NCBI GenBank assembly: GCA_003223395.1
Contig: QHUZ01000056.1
Span: 597 to 64,596, forward strand
Source of the DNA: Gemmatimonadota bacterium
Lineage (GTDB): Bacteria > Gemmatimonadota > Gemmatimonadetes > Gemmatimonadales > GWC2-71-9
Reading direction: 5' to 3'
DNA: 64,000 nucleotides
The notes beneath the pieces were generated by a model. It ran no database searches and was not told where the DNA came from. It saw only the letters and a list, made by a program, of their open reading frames with translations. Made by a program: the position numbers and the translations under genes. Positions within the stretch are counted from its first letter, which is position 1. The number at the start of each line of letters is the position of its first letter. Of this stretch, positions 49,153 through 58,226 are shown in pieces.

Positions 49153-50105
49153 CTACCCGACATTTCCCGCGAGCGGCGGTACATCGCAGTCGCTTCGTCG
49201 GGGCGGTTCAACCGATCCAGTACCTTGCCGATGCCGTACAGCGCTTTCGGATTCGCGGGCTGCAGCTCGACCGCTCTTTCGTATGCGGCCAGCGCGCCGG
49301 TCAAATCATCCATGTGATTGAGCGCTTCGCCGAGGTAATACCAGGCGGCCGCACGTTCCGGCTCGACGGCGACCGCGCGCTGCAGTTGGTCGGTGCCCTC
49401 GCGCCACATGCCACGGCGCGTGAGGACGATGCCGAGGTTGAACAGCGCTTCCACGTTGTTCGGGTCGGCGCGCAACACGCGCTGCAGGTCGCGCTGCGCC
49501 GCGGCGTAGCGGACTGTGGCACCGAGGATCGCGGCGCGGTTCATCAGCAGCGCGGGATTGTCGGGTTCGCTCTCGAGCGCGCGGTCCAGCTCCGCCAGGG
49601 CGCCGTCGCGATCACCACGAGCATCGAGAATTAACGCGAGGTTGTTGCGCGCTTTCACGTGCTTGGGATCGCGCGCGAGGAGATCGCGATACGAGGCAGC
49701 AGCCCGCTCGGTCTCCCCGCGCTCGCTGGCTTCCCTGGCCGCGATGTACAGCGGGTCGTCAGGCGTCGGAGCCGATGGCTCCGGCGGGGCGGTCGAGGAC
49801 GGTGGAGGAGGTGGAGGCACTGTAGGCGGTGGAGCAGCCGGCGGGGGCGCCGGAGGTTCTGGCTCGCCGTCGTCCAGCCTTGCCTTGATGTCTGTAGGTG
49901 TCAGGGTCGCTAGAGGTTGCGCGATGCGAAGTGGCGGCGGCTGTTCGTCGCGCGCGACATCGTTCGGGGTCGCGATCGCTCCCGTTTGGGTCAGCGATTC
50001 CGCTTCCTCGATGAGTTCGGCCGCGACCCGTGCCCGCTCCTGCGACGTCTGCCAGCGGCGTTCGCGCTTGCCTCCGGGGGGGCCGGGGGGGCCGCCGCGG
50101 TTCAT
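49149..50105 (-). CDS. TPR-repeat protein with proline-rich N-terminal region
   Basis: PPAPPPAAPPPTVPPPPPP tract followed by 5-6 TPR units. Confidence 0.75.
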   Translation of the reverse strand: MNRGGPPGPPGGKRERRWQTSQERARVAAELIEEAESLTQTGAIATPNDVARDEQPPPLRIAQPLATLTPTDIKARLDDGEPEPPAPPPAAPPPTVPPPPPPSSTAPPEPSAPTPDDPLYIAAREASERGETERAAASYRDLLARDPKHVKARNNLALILDARGDRDGALAELDRALESEPDNPALLMNRAAILGATVRYAAAQRDLQRVLRADPNNVEALFNLGIVLTRRGMWREGTDQLQRAVAVEPERAAAWYYLGEALNHMDDLTGALAAYERAVELQPANPKALYGIGKVLDRLNRPDEATAMYRRSREMSGR

Positions 50106-50160
50106 GTCAGCACCTGCGCGTTTGGGGTCATGGGGGATGCTAACGTAGGAAAGTGGAGAG

Positions 50161-50190
50161 TTGACCGCAAGCCAGTTGCCTATCTAGCCT
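50161..50190 (+). promoter_or_regulatory. candidate uvrA promoter TTGACC-18-TAGCCT
   Basis: Lies 8 nt upstream of ATG 50199. AAGGG between the box and the start codon could alternatively serve as a Shine-Dalgarno. Confidence 0.3.
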
Positions 50191-50198
50191 AAGGGTCT

Positions 50199-53048
50199 AT
50201 GCCCGGTGATGCGTTGATTGTCCGCGGCGCACGCGAACATAACCTCAAGAACATCGACGTCGAGTTGCCCCGGAACGCCCTCGTGGTCATCACGGGGCTG
50301 TCCGGCTCGGGGAAGTCGTCCCTTGCCTTCGACACGATCTACGCCGAGGGACAGCGTCGCTACGTCGAATCCCTTTCCGCCTACGCCCGGCAATTCCTTG
50401 GGCTCATGGACAAGCCCGACGTGGACGCGATCGAAGGACTCTCGCCGGCGATTTCCATCGAGCAGAAGACCGCGGGCGCCAATCCGCGGTCTACCGTCGG
50501 CACGATCACTGAGATCTACGACTACCTGCGCCTGCTGTGGGCCCGTACGGGGACGCCGCATTGCCCGAACGATGGCACGCCGGTCGAGCGGCAGTCCGCG
50601 TCACAGATCACCGATCTCGTGCTCGAGTGGCCGGAAGGTACCAAGATCGAGGTACTCGCGCCCCTGGTGCGTGGGCGCAAGGGTGAGTTTCGCGACGTGT
50701 TCGAGGCGATGCGCAAACAGGGCTTCGTGCGTGTCCGCGTCGATGGCGAGACGTACGATCTGACCGACGTTCCCAAGCTGAACAAGCGCCAAAACCACGA
50801 GATCGCCGTGGTGGTCGATCGGTTGGTCGTGCGTCCCTCCGACCGCGGCCGGCTCGCCGACTCGATCGAGACCGCGCTGAAGGCGGCCGACGGCGTCGTG
50901 GAAGTCGTCCGTCAGACTGGCAGCCCGCGGTCCCGGATGTTCTCCGAGCGCTATGCGTGCCCCAAATGCGGGCTGTCGTTGCCCGAGCTCGAGCCGCGCC
51001 AGTTCTCGTTCAACTCGCCGTACGGTGCCTGTCCCGATTGCTCAGGACTCGGCACGCGGCGCGAGGTGAACGCCGATCTCGTGCTGGGCGACCACAGTCT
51101 GTCGATTCTCGAGGGCGTCGTGCTCCCGTGGGGCGAGCCGAGCGGCTACCTAAGGAAGGTGGTGCTGCCGGCGCTCGCCAAGACCTACAAGTTCGATCTC
51201 AACACACCGTGGCGTGATCTGTCTCCCGCGGTCCAGAAGATTCTGCTCAAGGGCGCGCCCGGAAAAACGATCACCTATCAGTACGACAGCGAGCGCTGGC
51301 ACGGCTCCTATGAATCGGCCTGGAAGGGCGTGCTCGATCACGTCGACAAGCGCTACCGCGAAACGGCCTCCGATGCGGTGCGTGAGCAGCTCGAGCAGTT
51401 CATGGTCGAACAGCCGTGCCCCACGTGCGGCGGCCGCCGTCTCAAACCGGAGAGCTTGTCGGTCCTGGTCGCCGGCAAGAGCATCGGCGACGTCGTGGCG
51501 CTTCCAGTGCGCGAGGCACTCGACTTTTTCTCGAAAGTCCCCTTGCGCGGCAATGGCCGAGCGGGGCTTGATCCGGAAATCTCCCGTCCGATTCTGAAGG
51601 AAGTGACCGACCGGCTGCGATTCCTCGTGGATGTCGGCCTCGACTATCTGACGCTCGAACGTTCCGCGGTGACGCTCTCGGGCGGCGAGGCCCAGCGAAT
51701 TCGGCTCGCGACGCAGATCGGCAGCCGTCTCGTCGGTGTGCTGTACATCCTCGACGAGCCGTCGATTGGCCTGCATCAGCGCGACAACGCGCGCCTCCTG
51801 GCCACGTTGAAGGAGCTGCGCGACCTCGGCAACACCGTGCTGGTCGTGGAGCACGACGAGGAAACGATCCGGTCGGCGGACTATGTCGTGGACCTAGGGC
51901 CGCGCGCCGGCCGGCATGGGGGCGAAGTCGTGGCGGCAGGACCGCTCGACGAGGTGCTCGGCAGTCACGACTCGCTGACCGCGCGGTATCTCCGCGGCGA
52001 GCTGCGCATTCCGCTGCCGCCCCGGCGCCGTATCGCCAGCACCGATCGCATGCTCCGTGTGCTGGGCGCGAAGCACCACAATCTCAAGGATCTCACCGTA
52101 GACGTTCCGCTCGGACTGTTCGTCGCGGTAACGGGTGTGTCGGGCTCGGGAAAATCGACGCTCGTGACCGACATCCTGTACCAGGCGTTGGCGCGTCACT
52201 TCTATCGCGCCAAAGTCGTCCCCGGTGCGCATGAGCGGCTCGAGGGACTCGACCATATCGATAAAGTGATCGACATCGACCAGAGCCCGATTGGCCGCAC
52301 GCCGCGCTCCAACCCGGCGACGTACACGGGGCTCTTCACGCCGATCCGGGAGCTCTTCACCTATCTCCCGGAGTCGAAGCTGCGCGGCTACGGACCGGGC
52401 CGATTCTCGTTCAACGTCAAGGGAGGCCGCTGCGAGGCGTGCCAGGGCGACGGACTGGTGAAAGTCGAGATGCACTTTCTGCCTGACGTGTACGTCCCGT
52501 GCGAAGTCTGCAAAGGCCGGCGTTACAACCGGGAAACATTGGAGGTCCGTTATAAAGGAAAGTCGATCGCCGACGTGCTCGACCTGACGGTCGCCGACGC
52601 GCTCGACTTCTTCGAGCATCAACCGCGCATCAGAGCGAAACTCGAGTTGCTCAATGACGTAGGTCTGGGATACATCCACCTCGGGCAGTCGGCAACGACC
52701 CTCTCGGGCGGTGAAGCCCAGCGCGTGAAGCTCGCGACTGAGCTCGCCAAACGGGATACGGGTCGCACGCTGTACATCCTGGACGAGCCGACGACCGGAC
52801 TGCACTTCGAGGACGTACGGTTGCTGCTGGAAGTACTGCACCGGCTCGTGGACAAGGGGAATACGGTCGTCGTCATCGAACACAATCTGGACGTCGTGAA
52901 GACCGCCGATTGGGTGATCGACCTGGGGCCCGAAGGTGGGGAGCTGGGTGGTCGCGTGGTGGCGGAAGGGCCGCCCGAGAAGATCGCGCAGTCCAAAGGC
53001 TCTCATACGGGCGAATTCCTGCGCAAGGTGTTGCAGGCGGGAGACTAG
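50199..53048 (+). CDS. uvrA: excinuclease ABC subunit A
   Basis: 949 aa. Two ABC modules ([18 protein letters not shown]) and zinc-finger cysteines. Confidence 0.98.
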   Translation: MPGDALIVRGAREHNLKNIDVELPRNALVVITGLSGSGKSSLAFDTIYAEGQRRYVESLSAYARQFLGLMDKPDVDAIEGLSPAISIEQKTAGANPRSTVGTITEIYDYLRLLWARTGTPHCPNDGTPVERQSASQITDLVLEWPEGTKIEVLAPLVRGRKGEFRDVFEAMRKQGFVRVRVDGETYDLTDVPKLNKRQNHEIAVVVDRLVVRPSDRGRLADSIETALKAADGVVEVVRQTGSPRSRMFSERYACPKCGLSLPELEPRQFSFNSPYGACPDCSGLGTRREVNADLVLGDHSLSILEGVVLPWGEPSGYLRKVVLPALAKTYKFDLNTPWRDLSPAVQKILLKGAPGKTITYQYDSERWHGSYESAWKGVLDHVDKRYRETASDAVREQLEQFMVEQPCPTCGGRRLKPESLSVLVAGKSIGDVVALPVREALDFFSKVPLRGNGRAGLDPEISRPILKEVTDRLRFLVDVGLDYLTLERSAVTLSGGEAQRIRLATQIGSRLVGVLYILDEPSIGLHQRDNARLLATLKELRDLGNTVLVVEHDEETIRSADYVVDLGPRAGRHGGEVVAAGPLDEVLGSHDSLTARYLRGELRIPLPPRRRIASTDRMLRVLGAKHHNLKDLTVDVPLGLFVAVTGVSGSGKSTLVTDILYQALARHFYRAKVVPGAHERLEGLDHIDKVIDIDQSPIGRTPRSNPATYTGLFTPIRELFTYLPESKLRGYGPGRFSFNVKGGRCEACQGDGLVKVEMHFLPDVYVPCEVCKGRRYNRETLEVRYKGKSIADVLDLTVADALDFFEHQPRIRAKLELLNDVGLGYIHLGQSATTLSGGEAQRVKLATELAKRDTGRTLYILDEPTTGLHFEDVRLLLEVLHRLVDKGNTVVVIEHNLDVVKTADWVIDLGPEGGELGGRVVAEGPPEKIAQSKGSHTGEFLRKVLQAGD

Positions 53049-53078
53049 GCCATAGGTTGGACGAGGCAAGGAGGCCGC

Positions 53079-53354
53079 GTGTTGAACGGTCCTGAACTTC
53101 CGATGATGATCTTGTTTGTGAGTATCGCCGCGGTGTTCATCATGCGCGGCCAGTTTGGGCGCGCCATCGCCGAGCGGATTGCGGGGCGCGCGCGGACCGC
53201 CACCGAAGACCAGGATGTCCGAGAGCTCAAGGGCGAAGTGGAAGAGCTGCGCAACCAGCTGTATGAAGTGCAGGAGCGGCTCGATTTCGCCGAACGCCTG
53301 CTCGCGCGCCAGGACGAGCGCGCCGGTGTCTTGCCCAAACGCGGGGCCGAGTAA
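53079..53354 (+). CDS. small single-pass membrane protein, ERLDFAERLL family, copy 1
   Basis: AAGGAGG lies 4 nt upstream of the GTG. TM helix, AIAERIAG box, C-terminal QERLDFAERLLA. Confidence 0.75.
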   Translation: MLNGPELPMMILFVSIAAVFIMRGQFGRAIAERIAGRARTATEDQDVRELKGEVEELRNQLYEVQERLDFAERLLARQDERAGVLPKRGAE

Positions 53355-53357
53355 TCC

Positions 53358-53606
53358 ATGCCCGAAGAAGTCGTCTTTCTGTTCGTGTTGACCATCATTG
53401 GGTCATCGGTGCTGCTGTTCCCGCTGGTGCGCGCGCTCGCGGAGCGGATTCGGCCGCGGGCAGTCGACGCCGGCGTCAGGGAAGAGCTGCAGATGCTGCG
53501 CGAGGACCTGTTGGCCGAGATTCAGCAGGCCCGCCGCGAGATCGGCGACCTGGGCGAGCGCATCGACTTTACCGAACGTCTCCTGGCCAAGAAGACCGAG
53601 CGATGA
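53358..53606 (+). CDS. small single-pass membrane protein, copy 2
   Basis: TM helix, ALAERIRP box, GERIDFTERLLA. Confidence 0.75.
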   Translation: MPEEVVFLFVLTIIGSSVLLFPLVRALAERIRPRAVDAGVREELQMLREDLLAEIQQARREIGDLGERIDFTERLLAKKTER

Positions 53607-53842
53607 ATGGGCCCGAAGCCGTCGCCGCATTCATGTTCTTCGGCGGCACGTTCTGGGTCCTGCGACCGGTGGCCGCGGCGGTCGCGAAACGCATCGCGGG
53701 CGAGCACCGCAAACCCGGCATGGATCCGGCCGAGCGTGACGAAATCATGAGCGAGCTGCGGCAGGTGCGCGAGGAAGTGGCGGAATTGGCCGAGCGGATG
53801 GACTTCGCCGAACGGCTGCTGGCGAAGCCGAGAGGCGGGTAA
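53603..53842 (+). CDS. small single-pass membrane protein, copy 3
   Basis: ATGA overlap. TM helix, AVAKRIAG box, AERMDFAERLLA. Confidence 0.75.
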   Translation: MNGPEAVAAFMFFGGTFWVLRPVAAAVAKRIAGEHRKPGMDPAERDEIMSELRQVREEVAELAERMDFAERLLAKPRGG

Positions 53843-54120
53843 TGGAAGACATTCTCCCGCTTTTCATTCCAATTATCGCGGTGGGCGGCTTCTTTGCCTG
53901 GATGATTGCGCTGTCTCCGGTCGGGAAGGCTTTCGCGGAGCGCCTGCGTCACGGCCCCGTTCCGCCGGGCGGCGGAACCGCCGACGATCATGCCGAGTTA
54001 GCCGAAAGCGTGGAGCAGCTGCGCCGGGAGGTGGCGGAACTGGCGGAGCGAGTAGATTTTACCGAACGGCTGCTCGGCCAGCAGAAGGCCATGGGGCAGC
54101 TCGAGAAGCCGAGAGCCTGA
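53842..54120 (+). CDS. small single-pass membrane protein, copy 4
   Basis: TAATG overlap. TM helix, AFAERLRH box, AERVDFTERLLG. Confidence 0.75.
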   Translation: MEDILPLFIPIIAVGGFFAWMIALSPVGKAFAERLRHGPVPPGGGTADDHAELAESVEQLRREVAELAERVDFTERLLGQQKAMGQLEKPRA

Positions 54121-54166
54121 TGTTGCCCGCTGAAACGGGCCGCGGATGCGCGGCGTAGGAGAACAC

Positions 54167-54538
54167 GTGCTTTTACAGACGCCACTGCCGCCCACACCGG
54201 TCATTCCGTTCGATCCGAATCAGCTCATTCCGCTGATCGGGATGATCGGGGGATTCGTCGTAGTGGGCGTCGTGTTGTATGCATTCTTCAAGTCGGATCT
54301 GGCCGCGGCCTTTGCCGAGCGGATTCGGGCGGGGAAGCATCGCCGCAAGAAGTGGAAGGGACTGGGTGGGGAGTGGACCGACACGCCCGCTGAAGGATTG
54401 GCGGACGGGGATCACGTGGTCGAGCTGGAGCAGCGCGTGACCGACATGCAGGGGCAAATTGCCGAGATGGCCGAGCGGCTGGATTTTGCGGAGCGGCTGC
54501 TTGCGCAAAAGCGCGAGCGCTCATTGCCAGGAGCCTAG
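54167..54538 (+). CDS. small single-pass membrane protein, copy 5 (longer linker)
   Basis: GTG 54167 is preceded by AGGAG (the ORF track starts at 54146). TM helix, AFAERIRAG box, AERLDFAERLLA. The stop abuts the pspA ATG. Confidence 0.7.
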   Translation: MLLQTPLPPTPVIPFDPNQLIPLIGMIGGFVVVGVVLYAFFKSDLAAAFAERIRAGKHRRKKWKGLGGEWTDTPAEGLADGDHVVELEQRVTDMQGQIAEMAERLDFAERLLAQKRERSLPGA

Positions 54539-55303
54539 ATGGGGATCATCGATCGTCTGTCCACGCTGATCCGGTCGAACATCAACGACCTGATCTCGCG
54601 CGCCGAGAACCCGCAGAAGGTCCTCGAGCAGCTCATCGTCGACATGCGGAACCAGCTGGCAAAGGCCAAGCAGCAAGTCGCGGCGGCCATCGCCGATGAG
54701 AAGCGTCTCTCCGCGCAGGCCGAGCAGGAGAAGAAGCTCTCCGAAGACTGGGAGAAGCGGGCGGTGCTCGCCGTGCAGGAAGGCCGGGACGATCTCGCCA
54801 AGCAGGCGCTGCTCCGCTACAACGAGCATGTCCAGGGCGCCGTGCAGCTGCAGGAAACGTGGGTCAAGCATCGGGAGGAGACCGAACGGCTCAAGGCGTC
54901 GCTCCGCCAGCTCAACGACAAGATCGAAGAAGCCAAGCGCAAGAAGAACATCCTGATCGCGCGCCAGAAGCGTGCCGAGGCCCACAAGCGCATTCAGGAG
55001 ACGATGGGCGCGATCTCCGACAAGAGCGCGTTCGAGACGTTCGAGCGGATGGCCGAGCAGATCGAGCACGAGGAGCGGAAGCTGATTGCCGCGGCCGAGG
55101 TGAACGAAGATCTCTCCGGCGATTCCCTCATCAAGCAGTTCCAGGGAATCGAGGTGAAAGCCAGCGCGGACGAGCAGCTGCTCGCGCTCAAGCGCAAAAT
55201 GGGCTTGCTGCCCGGAGGGACCCAGGAGCAGGCCAAAGCGCTCGGCAAAGGCGCGAAGGATGCAGAGTTGCTCGAGGATGACGACGCGGAGCAGAAGAGC
55301 TGA
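54539..55303 (+). CDS. pspA: PspA/IM30-family membrane stress protein
   Basis: 254 aa. MGIIDRLSTLIRSNINDLISRAENPQKVLEQLIVDM N-terminus and an extended coiled coil. Confidence 0.9.
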   Translation: MGIIDRLSTLIRSNINDLISRAENPQKVLEQLIVDMRNQLAKAKQQVAAAIADEKRLSAQAEQEKKLSEDWEKRAVLAVQEGRDDLAKQALLRYNEHVQGAVQLQETWVKHREETERLKASLRQLNDKIEEAKRKKNILIARQKRAEAHKRIQETMGAISDKSAFETFERMAEQIEHEERKLIAAAEVNEDLSGDSLIKQFQGIEVKASADEQLLALKRKMGLLPGGTQEQAKALGKGAKDAELLEDDDAEQKS

Positions 55304-55337
55304 ACAAGCCGGAGGCTCCTTCCTCTAATAAGCTGTC

Positions 55338-55366
55338 GAGCGCCACGTTCGTGGCGCTCTTTGTTG
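55338..55366 (+). terminator. Rho-independent terminator-like hairpin after pspA
   Basis: GAGCGCCAC-gttc-GTGGCGCTC (9-bp perfect stem) followed by TTTGTTG. The right arm contains GTG 55351, the predicted start of the next CDS. Confidence 0.5.
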
Positions 55367-56439
55367 CGGCCCTCGTCGTCCTGTTCATCCTCAGAGTCAT
55401 CGATGTGCTGCTGCTCGTCTTCCTGGCAATCCTCCTCGCCGTCTATCTCTCGGCGATCACCGACTGGCTGGAGCATCGCTTCAACATGCGGCGCTGGCTG
55501 GGGCTGACGCTCACCGTCTTGGCGACCGTCGCGGGCGTCGCGAGCGTCGCGGCGCTGCTGGCCCCGCCGGTCGTCGAACAGACGCGCGCGTTGATCAGCG
55601 GCCTGCCGCAGACGCTCACGAACATTCAGAGTGTGCTGGCGCGCTGGGCGAGCCAGTATCCCGTGCTCGACCAGACCGAGCTCGCGAATCCGTCGTCGGG
55701 CGCCGTGTCGGGCCTCGTCACTGACGCGTTCGCCTTCTTGAGCGGCTCGATCTTCGGCTACGTGCGCGGCGGCGGCATGATCTTCATCGAAGGGGCGAGC
55801 GTCGTGGTGATGGCGCTGTATCTCGCCCGCCAGCCGGGCATGTATCGCGACGGCCTGATCTCGCTCTTCGCACCACGCCACCGGAGCATCGCCGACCACG
55901 TGTTCGATGACACCGCGGCGACGCTGCGGGCATGGGTGGTGGGTCAGCTCATCGCGATGGCCGTGCTCGCCGCCTTGACCGCGATCGGCCTGTTGATGCT
56001 CGGCGTGCCCTACTGGCTGGCATTCGGCATCTTCACCGGCCTGGTGGCGATCGTGCCATTCTTCGGCACACTCATCTCCACGCTCCTGCCCGCGCTCTTC
56101 ATGGTGGCATCCGGGGACTGGTTGACCGTCCTGCTCGTCCTGGTGCTCGGTGTGGTCGTCCACGTGTTCGAAGCGAACGTCGTCGTGCCGCGCATCATGC
56201 AACGCAAGGTCGAGCTGCCGCCGGTCCTCACGATTGCCAGCGTGCTCGTGATGGGCACGCTGCTGGGAGCGATCGGCCTGATCGTCGCCGTGCCCGTCTT
56301 GTGCGTCACGATGGTCCTGATCCGGCACATCCTGCACGGTGAGATCTACGATGAGCCGGGCCGCTTCAAACCCGCCGTCCTCCGCACCAGCGGCGCGTGG
56401 TCGGGAGTGGAGCGCCGGCAAGTCGCAGCCAAGAAATGA
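55351..56439 (+). CDS. AI-2E family transporter (PerM/YhhT-like)
   Basis: 362-aa polytopic protein. The LLLVFLAILLAVYLSAITDWL and VPRIMQRKVELPPV blocks are typical of the family. Confidence 0.85.
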   Translation: MALFVAALVVLFILRVIDVLLLVFLAILLAVYLSAITDWLEHRFNMRRWLGLTLTVLATVAGVASVAALLAPPVVEQTRALISGLPQTLTNIQSVLARWASQYPVLDQTELANPSSGAVSGLVTDAFAFLSGSIFGYVRGGGMIFIEGASVVVMALYLARQPGMYRDGLISLFAPRHRSIADHVFDDTAATLRAWVVGQLIAMAVLAALTAIGLLMLGVPYWLAFGIFTGLVAIVPFFGTLISTLLPALFMVASGDWLTVLLVLVLGVVVHVFEANVVVPRIMQRKVELPPVLTIASVLVMGTLLGAIGLIVAVPVLCVTMVLIRHILHGEIYDEPGRFKPAVLRTSGAWSGVERRQVAAKK

Positions 56440-57506
56440 CGACGCCGCAGCATCGTTTCCTGATCATCGCGGACGGTGAGTTCGGTCCCCTCACCTCGAA
56501 GACGGCCAACTCCTGCATCCGCTATTTCCCAGAACGGATTGTCGCCGTGCTCGACCGCAAGCAGGCGGGGAAGACGGTGCAAGACGTCCTTGGATTCGGC
56601 GGCAAGATTCCGGTCGTCGGCGACTTCGAGCGGGGCATCGCGCAGGGCAAAGGCGCGACCGCCGTCCTGATCGGCATCGCCCCCCTCGGCGGACGGTTGC
56701 CGGACGAATGGAAGGCGTGGCTGCGCACCGCGATCGAGCAGAAGCTCGAGATCTGGAGCGGCCTGCACACGTTCGTCGGCGATGATCCGGAGCTCGGCCC
56801 GCTCGCCAAAGCGCGCGGCGTTCGCATCCTCGATGCGCGCCGGCCGCCCCCCAATCTCCCGATCGCCGACGGCCGCGCCGCCGACGTTGACGCGCTCGTC
56901 GTGCTCGCCGTGGGATCCGATTGCAACGTCGGCAAGATGACCGCGCAGCTGCAGCTCCGCGATGCGTTGGTGAAGCGCGGCCATCGCACGAGCTTCGTGG
57001 CGACGGGGCAAACCGGGATTTTCATCGAGGGGTGGGGGATCGCGGTGGATGCGGTCGTCGCGGACTTCATCGCCGGCGCCGCGGAGCAGCTCGTCCTCCA
57101 GGGTGCGAAGGACAACGACATCGTGCTCGTGGAAGGGCAGGGCAGCCTGATTCACCCAGGATACTCCGGCGTCACGCTGGGCCTGCTGCACGGCTCCTGT
57201 CCCGACGCGCTGATTCTCTGTCATCAGGCGACGCGCGATTACATCGGCGACTATCACGGCCGCGAGCCGTGGGTGAAGATCCCGTCGTATGTCGAGATGA
57301 TCGAGATCTACGAGAGTGCGGCGCAGCCGGTACATCCGACGAAGGTGATCGGGATCTGTCTCAACACGTACGACATGGACGAGAGCGCGGCGCGGGAGGC
57401 GGTCGCCAAGGCTGCCGAGGAAACGGGTCTGCCGGCGACGGACCCGGTGCGGTTTGATTCCGACGTGCTCGTGGACGCGATCATCGGAGCGCGCGCGACG
57501 ATTTGA
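56436..57506 (+). CDS. DUF1611-domain protein
   Basis: ATG 56436 (ATGA overlap). VGSDCNVGKMT P-loop-like motif, EGQGSLIHPGYSGVTLGLLHGS. Confidence 0.8.
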   Translation: MTTPQHRFLIIADGEFGPLTSKTANSCIRYFPERIVAVLDRKQAGKTVQDVLGFGGKIPVVGDFERGIAQGKGATAVLIGIAPLGGRLPDEWKAWLRTAIEQKLEIWSGLHTFVGDDPELGPLAKARGVRILDARRPPPNLPIADGRAADVDALVVLAVGSDCNVGKMTAQLQLRDALVKRGHRTSFVATGQTGIFIEGWGIAVDAVVADFIAGAAEQLVLQGAKDNDIVLVEGQGSLIHPGYSGVTLGLLHGSCPDALILCHQATRDYIGDYHGREPWVKIPSYVEMIEIYESAAQPVHPTKVIGICLNTYDMDESAAREAVAKAAEETGLPATDPVRFDSDVLVDAIIGARATI

Positions 57507-57563
57507 TAGTAGCGGCGCGAAATTGGTACCACACGCCGCTCCTCCCGTTCCTATCGTGCCGCG

Positions 57564-58226
57564 ATGCGATTCCTGCACTGCGCCCACGCCGAATTCCTGC
57601 TCGTGGTCCCGCGCCTCACGCGGACTCGGCTCGGCATCGCGCTCCTGGCACTCGGCACGACACTCGTGTGGCTCAGCGCGCACGCCTTGGACGCCCTCAC
57701 GGTCACGCTACAGGCCGGAGCGCTCGGCGCGATCCTCGGCGCGGCCGCGATCGTGGGGGATGAGAGCGATCGGGCGGCGCTGAGCACCGCCCTCACGCAT
57801 CCCACCACGCCACTCGCCATCGCGACGGGGCGCTGGCTCGCGATCGTGGTCCCGGCGTGGGCCCTGGTCATGATCTGCGCGACGGCGACCGGCTGGCGCA
57901 CGGACGGGGTTGTGGCGGGGATGATCGCCACGGCCGCGGTTGGCAGCTTTGCGTTGGCGCTCGTGCTCCCGCTGGGCCGCGGCGTGGCGCTCGCGCTCTT
58001 CCTCTTTATGGCGATCGCCGGCACGATCCCGCCGGAGCGGCTGGTCGATCTCGCACGCCCGGGCGTGGTGCGCCTGACCGCGGCCAGCGCGATGGAGCTC
58101 GGACCGGCGCTCTGGCACTACCGCGATATCGTCGCCGCCGATTGGGGTGCGATCCTCCACGCGCTCGCGTGGACAGGGCTCGGCATTCTCGTTGCGGCGG
58201 CCTTCATCGGTCGACGTCAGCGATGA
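57564..58226 (+). CDS. hydrophobic membrane protein (possible ABC-2 permease partner)
   Basis: 220 aa, about 6 TM helices. ATGA overlap with the downstream ABC ATPase. Confidence 0.55.
   Translation: MRFLHCAHAEFLLVVPRLTRTRLGIALLALGTTLVWLSAHALDALTVTLQAGALGAILGAAAIVGDESDRAALSTALTHPTTPLAIATGRWLAIVVPAWALVMICATATGWRTDGVVAGMIATAAVGSFALALVLPLGRGVALALFLFMAIAGTIPPERLVDLARPGVVRLTAASAMELGPALWHYRDIVAADWGAILHALAWTGLGILVAAAFIGRRQR

Noticed and set aside
54994-56421. 475-aa ORF antisense to the AI-2E transporter
   Set aside because: The translation is His/Asp/Arg/Glu-rich, the mirror image of a hydrophobic membrane protein. It is a shadow ORF.
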